This document shows positions 58,728-64,000 of a DNA stretch of 64,000 nt, in pieces. The DNA is from a virus. Position 1 is the first letter of the stretch; each line of letters begins with the position of its first letter. The position numbers and the translations under genes were made by a program. The notes under the pieces were generated by a model. It worked only from the letters and a program-made list of their open reading frames with translations, was not told the DNA's origin and ran no database searches. The DNA lies in IMG/VR virus record IMGVR_UViG_3300008448_000009, positions 32,001-96,000 of that record. One strand, written 5' to 3'.

Positions 58728-59323
58728 AAAAAACCGTCCATCAGTTCTCCTGTGTCCGTATCAATAACCCAATCAGGTTCCAACCAATTCAATATATCAC
58801 GGTGGCATGTTGATATAACCACATTTTCAATTTCGTTATTTTTGATATACCTAGATAACGATACACTGGCCGCTTTAGCCACAGCTCTATCAACCACACT
58901 ACTAAACTCATCAATGACAGCACCAGTTTTAATTTTACGCGCTAAATCAGCTCTAAACTTTTCTCCGTTAGATAACACATTGTAAGGTTTGTACCATGAA
59001 GGTACAGAATTCAACCCGACACTACCTAATTTATTTATGGCTTCATCTGGTTCATCAAAATGTGATACTATAGATTTATTTGGGTCCCATTGTGGGGTTT
59101 CTTCAATTCCAAAGTTTTTTAAAAGTGTTGATTTACCAGAACCACTAGAACCAACAATAACACCTAGTTTAAATTTTTTAGGAATACTAGCTGGCAATTG
59201 CCATGGATAAAATTTTGAAGTACCGTCAAAAGCGCAATCAAACGCTTTTTCACTAGCAGCAATAAAATCATCACGTTCCACACTTGAAGTAAGAGGTGTG
59301 GTCTCTTTTGTTAGTTTTTCCAT
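58646..59323 (-). CDS. soluble ABC-type ATPase
   Basis: GSSGSGKST, LSNGEKFRA, IDEFSSVVDR and CH motifs. Confidence 0.85.
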   Translation of the reverse strand: MEKLTKETTPLTSSVERDDFIAASEKAFDCAFDGTSKFYPWQLPASIPKKFKLGVIVGSSGSGKSTLLKNFGIEETPQWDPNKSIVSHFDEPDEAINKLGSVGLNSVPSWYKPYNVLSNGEKFRADLARKIKTGAVIDEFSSVVDRAVAKAASVSLSRYIKNNEIENVVISTCHRDILNWLEPDWVIDTDTGELMDGFFLPAHKSNLTYIAQTMIVGECLKTTII

Positions 59324-59369
59324 GAAATGAAACATTTATAAATAAATATCTCGTTATCATAAAAAAATA

Positions 59370-59405
59370 AAAGACTAAGGTGATTGAATAACCACCTTAG
59401 CCTTT
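59370..59405 (-). terminator. terminator hairpin
   Basis: AAAGACTAAGGTGATT-GAAT-AACCACCTTAGCCTTT. Confidence 0.7.
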
Positions 59406-59424
59406 AATATTTTCTAGTTCGAAA

Positions 59425-59634
59425 TTACTTTCTACCTTCAGTTAATTGTAACAATTTTTTCTCTAATGCAGCAATTCTGTTTTCAAATAGAGAGTTAGCT
59501 TTTTTACTTTTCTGAGCTTGCTCATTAAGCCATTCTTGTTTTTTTACTGCAACTGCTTCATTTACAATGTTGTCGATTAAATCAACAAGGTGAGATTCTT
59601 TGATTTTAACTGTTTTTTTAGTTAAGTTTGACAT
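59425..59634 (-). CDS. small coiled-coil late protein
   Basis: KTVKIKESHLVDLIDNIVNE; late motif at 59668-59675. Confidence 0.6.
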   Translation of the reverse strand: MSNLTKKTVKIKESHLVDLIDNIVNEAVAVKKQEWLNEQAQKSKKANSLFENRIAALEKKLLQLTEGRK

Positions 59635-59700
59635 GTCTTTAAGTTTTTATTAAAATCTTATTTATAAATAAATATATCAAACATACCAAAAAACCAATTT

Positions 59701-59856
59701 TTATCTAATAAAAATATCTACATTGTAAATTTCTAACAACGCTTCGGTTGTTAAACTTTTAATTTTAGCAAATAATTCAGCTGCGTCATCTAATGTTTTA
59801 GCTGGTATAGTGTTAATTATTTCACCACATTTTGTTTTTAATGCAAATCTTTCCAT
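59701..59856 (-). CDS. 51 aa protein (not in ORF track)
   Basis: MERFALKTKCGEII...; own TTG-N20-TATATTTG promoter at 59873-59903. Confidence 0.55.
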   Translation of the reverse strand: MERFALKTKCGEIINTIPAKTLDDAAELFAKIKSLTTEALLEIYNVDIFIR

Positions 59857-59912
59857 AGGTTAAATCTTTTTACAAATATACTTATAAATATTTAAAAAAA
59901 CAACAAAGATTT

Positions 59913-60965
59913 TTAATTTATTAAACCTTTTATTTTATTTAACACTTCTTCAATACCAGTAATCTCAACTTCACCGTAATCTATCGACTGTAAATCATTC
60001 GCAGATATTCTAGTAATGTCTGATTCGAATTCATGAAACCTAGGTGTTGAATCACTAACCATAACTACATGAGTACCAACTCCCCACGCTAACCAAGACA
60101 ACCCAGAACTTACACCCATGTGAAATTCTGCATGTTTGATTAAACCAGCAACTTTCTTTAAATCTGCTTCACCAGACATATCGATAACACCTTTCAAATT
60201 ACTTTTTTCCTTGGATATTGTCAATACTTCATAGTCATTATCAATTAAAAAATCAACAACTGTTTGCCATCCGTTTTCAGCTCTCCAATGTTTTTCTGGA
60301 TGACTACCAAACTCTGATAACGTAACGTACTTACGAACTATTCTTCTAGGTTCATATTTACATAACTCAGATAAATCTGGTCTAAATTCCATGGGTGTTA
60401 ATCCTAAACATTCACTGGCAACTCGTTGTAACGGATGTTCGTTGGTTTTTATTGGTGAATAAATCAAAGAATCATCATTGGCCGCACCAACATAGTATTG
60501 CGCGTACACGTTGGCTATGGGTGTATTCGGTGCCACAAACAATATGTTAGGATATGAATCAACCAACAAATGATTATGAAACGTTGAACAAATAACAGTA
60601 CATTCATGTTTACATCTAAAATCTTCTACATAAGGAATCCACGCAATAGTATCACCCAACGCATACGCATCTATTTTTATGAACACGACTTTATGATACG
60701 GGTCAAATTCATCTTCAAAAACAATTTTATCGTTTTCATCAAAGATTCGTATTAACCAATCAGTATACCATTGTCGAATATTACTTTCAATTGTTTCGTT
60801 GGTTTTACAATAACCTTCAGCTATTTTAATCAACAAACCGTTGTCTAATTTTTTGTTAAATTCCACCCTATAGGTTTTTATATCATCCCCTTGGATTGTG
60901 ACCCTAGGAGCGTTTGCAACCTTTGGTAGGGTGGTTAAATAACTTACTTTAAAACTATTACTCAT
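59913..60965 (-). CDS. TibC/Aah-like protein O-heptosyltransferase (GT9-related fold)
   Basis: ALGDTIAWIPYVEDFRCKHEC; K.W...GWQ.VVD.L; FHMGVSSGLSWLAW. Confidence 0.75.
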   Translation of the reverse strand: MSNSFKVSYLTTLPKVANAPRVTIQGDDIKTYRVEFNKKLDNGLLIKIAEGYCKTNETIESNIRQWYTDWLIRIFDENDKIVFEDEFDPYHKVVFIKIDAYALGDTIAWIPYVEDFRCKHECTVICSTFHNHLLVDSYPNILFVAPNTPIANVYAQYYVGAANDDSLIYSPIKTNEHPLQRVASECLGLTPMEFRPDLSELCKYEPRRIVRKYVTLSEFGSHPEKHWRAENGWQTVVDFLIDNDYEVLTISKEKSNLKGVIDMSGEADLKKVAGLIKHAEFHMGVSSGLSWLAWGVGTHVVMVSDSTPRFHEFESDITRISANDLQSIDYGEVEITGIEEVLNKIKGLIN

Positions 60966-60968
60966 ACA

Positions 60969-61499
60969 TTAACATTTTCTATCAGCAGCTGTTGAAGCAG
61001 CCCATGCTTCAGGTTTTATTTTGAATTCGTAACCCATACCTAGAATGTATCCAACAGCTGATTGTAAAGCTTTATTAGAGTCATGTTTTGGACTTGGGTT
61101 GATGTCTGCGTGAATTTCCAATGGAATTTCATATACATCTAACAACTCAGCAATTTGAGTTGCTACCTCGATAGATTTACCTACCTCGAATACCATTCTC
61201 TCGTTAACCAATTCCTTGTCTCTTTTTCTACCGTCAGAATCTTTTTTCATGAAATCATGATTGTAAGTAGCTGATACTATCATACCACCACGGCCCCAGA
61301 TAACACCACCACCTAAATCTTCAGTTGCGGTAATAAGAATTACCGTAGCAAACTTATAAAGTGTGCCTTTGATTTTTTGTGAGTCAGTACCAATAGATAC
61401 TTTAAGTGTACGGTTTTTTTCCATTTGTTCATCGAACAAATTTTGCAAGTAATCTACTAAATCTTCTTCGATTACCTTGTTGTTTCTAATCCATTTCAT
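60969..61499 (-). CDS. RNase H-like YkuK/DUF458 protein
   Basis: IGTDSQ, E..KSIEVA, EIHADIN and KP.AWAAS.AAD motifs. Confidence 0.8.
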   Translation of the reverse strand: MKWIRNNKVIEEDLVDYLQNLFDEQMEKNRTLKVSIGTDSQKIKGTLYKFATVILITATEDLGGGVIWGRGGMIVSATYNHDFMKKDSDGRKRDKELVNERMVFEVGKSIEVATQIAELLDVYEIPLEIHADINPSPKHDSNKALQSAVGYILGMGYEFKIKPEAWAASTAADRKC

Positions 61500-61527
61500 A
61501 ACATTTGTTTTTTTGTGTTATACGTAA

Positions 61528-61556
61528 TAAAAAAGGCTCCCACAACAGGAGCCTTA
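61528..61556 (-). terminator. terminator
   Basis: AAAAAAGGCTCC-CACAACA-GGAGCCTT. Confidence 0.75.
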
Positions 61557-61561
61557 TATTT

Positions 61562-62971
61562 TTAATTAAAGTTGGTTGTTGGTAACAACTCCTTTAATTT
61601 GCTATACTTTGTTTCTCCTATGTCTTCTACATTAACGACAATTCTAAATAACGACCCACCATTACTTTTATCAAGCATGGTTATTTCTTCTGGAATCTCA
61701 ATATCTTTGTTGCCTTTGATGTTCAAAAACTCTAAATTTTTTAAATAACCTATTTCTTTAGGTAACACTTTAAGTTGGTTGTTGGTCAATACCAACATAT
61801 TCAACGTAGCTAAATTACCTATAGACGGATGTATTTCACCCAATTTTGCATTGGTGATGATAAGTTGGTCAAGTTTTTTAAACTTGCTAATATTAGGCAG
61901 TTTTCTAATCTCTTTAGCCATAAACCTAATAGTAGGTAACTTTTCATCTAATAATTCAAATAAACTTTCAGCAAAACCAAATTGCATCAAGTAATCCAAA
62001 TATCTGTTCGAATCAATACCACCTTTATATCCTTTTGCCATTTCCAACAACTCGTCATGGAAATAGTTGGTGATACCTTCACTCTCACTAATCACATTTT
62101 CAAAAATGCTAACGTTCTGACCATTTTGTCTGTCTTTCAACTGATTGGTTTCAAAATGAATCTGAAATAAATCTTTGGTTTTACCCTCAAAAAACTGATT
62201 AGGAATTATGATATAAATATCTGATTTCTTCCCGTTAGGTTTTCTGTGACCTTCAGTATACGATTTAAACATACCGTTACCTACTCTGGCGGTACACCAG
62301 TTTGCAAATTTGTCAAAAACTACACTAGCTTCAGTTGTTTTAGGAATATACAGCGTAAACTTTCTATCCCTAACTGGTATGATGGCTTGCCCAGCATCAA
62401 CAAATTTTTGCAACGTTCGCTCAATGGCCGACGTGTCTTTTTCAATAAATGGGTCAACAGCATCAAATAATTGTGACAAGGATTTATATTGGTTGATGTT
62501 CGTTGGGTCACCAATTCCTTTAAGACTATAACTGGCCAAACACAAATCTTTAAATTTTCTTTTTCGTTTGTTATCTTCAAACAACGTCAAATATTTATTG
62601 GCTTGTGGTAAATCCTCAGTAACAAAACGAACCGCCATATCTCTTGAATTAGGTTTGTCGCTCTTTAACAAACGAGAAAATAAATTCAACATCCATTGCA
62701 AATAGATTTTATTTTCAGTTGGGTCAGCAGCTATCATTTCACTAAACACTTCAGAACAAACACTAATTCTTTTTAGTGTTCTTTCTTTTTCGTTACCTTT
62801 GCTAGAAACAATTGCCAATATCCCATAACCGTTTGATACAATGTCAGCGTCATAACCCTCAGCATTAATCGCTGCAAGCTTTGCATCTACTGATATTTCT
62901 TCAGTGCATTCGAACACGTCGAATAGTTCCGCTAAAAATACAATTCTGTCTGTAATACTGTTTTCTTTCAT
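61562..62971 (-). CDS. protein with WCTA-motif domain and C-terminal leucine-rich repeats
   Basis: PKTTEAS..ANWCTA..FQIHFE; LNMLVLTNNQLKVLPKEIGYLKNLEFLNI. Confidence 0.75.
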   Translation of the reverse strand: MKENSITDRIVFLAELFDVFECTEEISVDAKLAAINAEGYDADIVSNGYGILAIVSSKGNEKERTLKRISVCSEVFSEMIAADPTENKIYLQWMLNLFSRLLKSDKPNSRDMAVRFVTEDLPQANKYLTLFEDNKRKRKFKDLCLASYSLKGIGDPTNINQYKSLSQLFDAVDPFIEKDTSAIERTLQKFVDAGQAIIPVRDRKFTLYIPKTTEASVVFDKFANWCTARVGNGMFKSYTEGHRKPNGKKSDIYIIIPNQFFEGKTKDLFQIHFETNQLKDRQNGQNVSIFENVISESEGITNYFHDELLEMAKGYKGGIDSNRYLDYLMQFGFAESLFELLDEKLPTIRFMAKEIRKLPNISKFKKLDQLIITNAKLGEIHPSIGNLATLNMLVLTNNQLKVLPKEIGYLKNLEFLNIKGNKDIEIPEEITMLDKSNGGSLFRIVVNVEDIGETKYSKLKELLPTTNFN

Positions 62972-62987
62972 AAACTTGTTTTATGTA

Positions 62988-63018
62988 CAAAGATACAAAA
63001 ATAAAATGAATAAGGCAA
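62988..63018 (-). promoter_or_regulatory. Bacteroidota-type -33/-7 promoter
   Basis: TTG 63018-16, 20 nt, TATCTTTG 62995-88. Confidence 0.7.
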
Positions 63019-63024
63019 TAGCTT

Positions 63025-63363
63025 TTATAAGAATCTTTTAAAAAAATCTTCTTCTAAGTACTCTTCAAGTCTTTTTTTCAAAAACCAAACCATTCCATCT
63101 AAATTGTCTGACTCTCTGTTAGCTATGTCTAAAATCACTTCACTTGGATTCTCGCCATCTGTAATTCTATATTTAATTTCTTGTAAAACGTTTTTCCCAC
63201 CTTGCTTGACTAAATTTTCTACGATTAAATTATATGTGTCCCATCTCATTTCTTCGTCCTCATTTAACGTATCTAACATGCAATTTATGTGTTTGTAATA
63301 CGCTTTATCTAAGGTTGTTTTTCTTGTTTTATTATCTTTTAAAAGAAATTTTTTAACATCCAT
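63025..63363 (-). CDS. hypothetical protein
   Basis: 112 aa; EIKYRITDGENPSEVILDI. Confidence 0.6.
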   Translation of the reverse strand: MDVKKFLLKDNKTRKTTLDKAYYKHINCMLDTLNEDEEMRWDTYNLIVENLVKQGGKNVLQEIKYRITDGENPSEVILDIANRESDNLDGMVWFLKKRLEEYLEEDFFKRFL

Positions 63364-63487
63364 AATCAGTAAATTTTAATCAATCGTTATTTAATGATAA
63401 ATATCACGATTCGTCAGATTGGATATTAATTTTTGTTAAATAAGTCTTTTATTTACTGGTAATCAGACATATAACAATAAAAAATAT

Positions 63488-63808
63488 TTATAAATTTTTT
63501 ATCTTTTCGTAAAGTCTTTGAAGCTCAGGTGATTTATCTTTGATGTCGGATATAACTTCTATGCAAACATCGTTAGGGTCAGATTCTTCAGTTAGTTTAT
63601 ATTGAAGTTCTTTGACTTTAAGCATGTTTTTTAAAGTGTTTTTAAGCTCTAAAATTACTTGGTTATAAGTTACCCAAGCTTGTCTAATTTTAGTCGTTCC
63701 TGAAGCTAAATTTTCAATTAATACGTCTTCATACTTATGTTCTAGGTACGAATCAAAGTTCCCATAGTTTTCTCTTAGAACTTTACGTATTTTTTTCTTC
63801 AGGTCCAT
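63488..63808 (-). CDS. hypothetical protein with IRKVLRE leader
   Basis: 106 aa; ELQYKLTEESDPNDVCIEV resembles the neighbouring gene. Confidence 0.6.
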   Translation of the reverse strand: MDLKKKIRKVLRENYGNFDSYLEHKYEDVLIENLASGTTKIRQAWVTYNQVILELKNTLKNMLKVKELQYKLTEESDPNDVCIEVISDIKDKSPELQRLYEKIKNL

Positions 63809-63816
63809 ACAACATG

Positions 63817-63999
63817 TTATTTAAGTGGTACGTTTTTAGATAACATAAAGTTGTCGGTTATTGTCCCATCAACCCAATCTCTGATTACTTGTTGAGTGAA
63901 TTCTTCACCCATATTGTATTTGTTTTTCATATACTCATACAATGCTCTTGGAGATATAAGTTCTTCATCTAAATTTACTTTGAACATTGGCATAGCATC
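63817..63999 (-). CDS. 5'-truncated hypothetical protein
   Basis: Open frame DAMPMFKVNLDEELISPRALYEYMK...VPLK* running off the window end. Confidence 0.55.
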   Translation of the reverse strand, partial: DAMPMFKVNLDEELISPRALYEYMKNKYNMGEEFTQQVIRDWVDGTITDNFMLSKNVPLK

Positions 64000-64000
64000 A

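Noticed and set aside
58646-59323. ABC transporter
   Set aside because: No permease or binding-protein gene nearby; its partner is a GNAT domain
1-64000. Stop-codon reassignment as in some jumbo and Bacteroidota phages
   Set aside because: Core genes (terminase, portal, capsid, Clp, thyA) are full length in the standard code and coding density is high

Overview
AT-rich, gene-dense 64 kb segment of a large T4-superfamily-like tailed (jumbo-type) phage read in the standard code. It holds a complete head module on the - strand: terminase large subunit, portal, prohead protease, acidic scaffold and gp23-like major capsid. It also holds a gp55-like sigma factor, baseplate-like genes, a ~19 kb glycan island (about 11 glycosyltransferase-like genes, 3 FkbM methyltransferases, gmd+fcl GDP-fucose pathway), nucleotide enzymes (dut, thyA, PhoH), ClpB/C, a DUF285 repeat protein and an LRR protein. 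Six TTG-N20-TAnnTTTG promoters, no obvious Shine-Dalgarno sites and a Q-rule signal peptide point to a Bacteroidota host. Most notable: (1) a zinc-ribbon gene whose predicted transcript has a three-way-junction 5' RNA leader and 13-nt complementary 5'/3' ends; (2) two apparent -1 frameshift/slippage sites, one making a ~1040 aa modular head-cargo polyprotein and one an ABC-ATPase-GNAT fusion; (3) a shared IKxxLRE leader on unrelated proteins that looks like a capsid-targeting, protease-cleaved tag; (4) a putative late promoter ATATTTAT that differs from the host -7 element by essentially one base. All calls come from reading motifs by eye; no searches were run.
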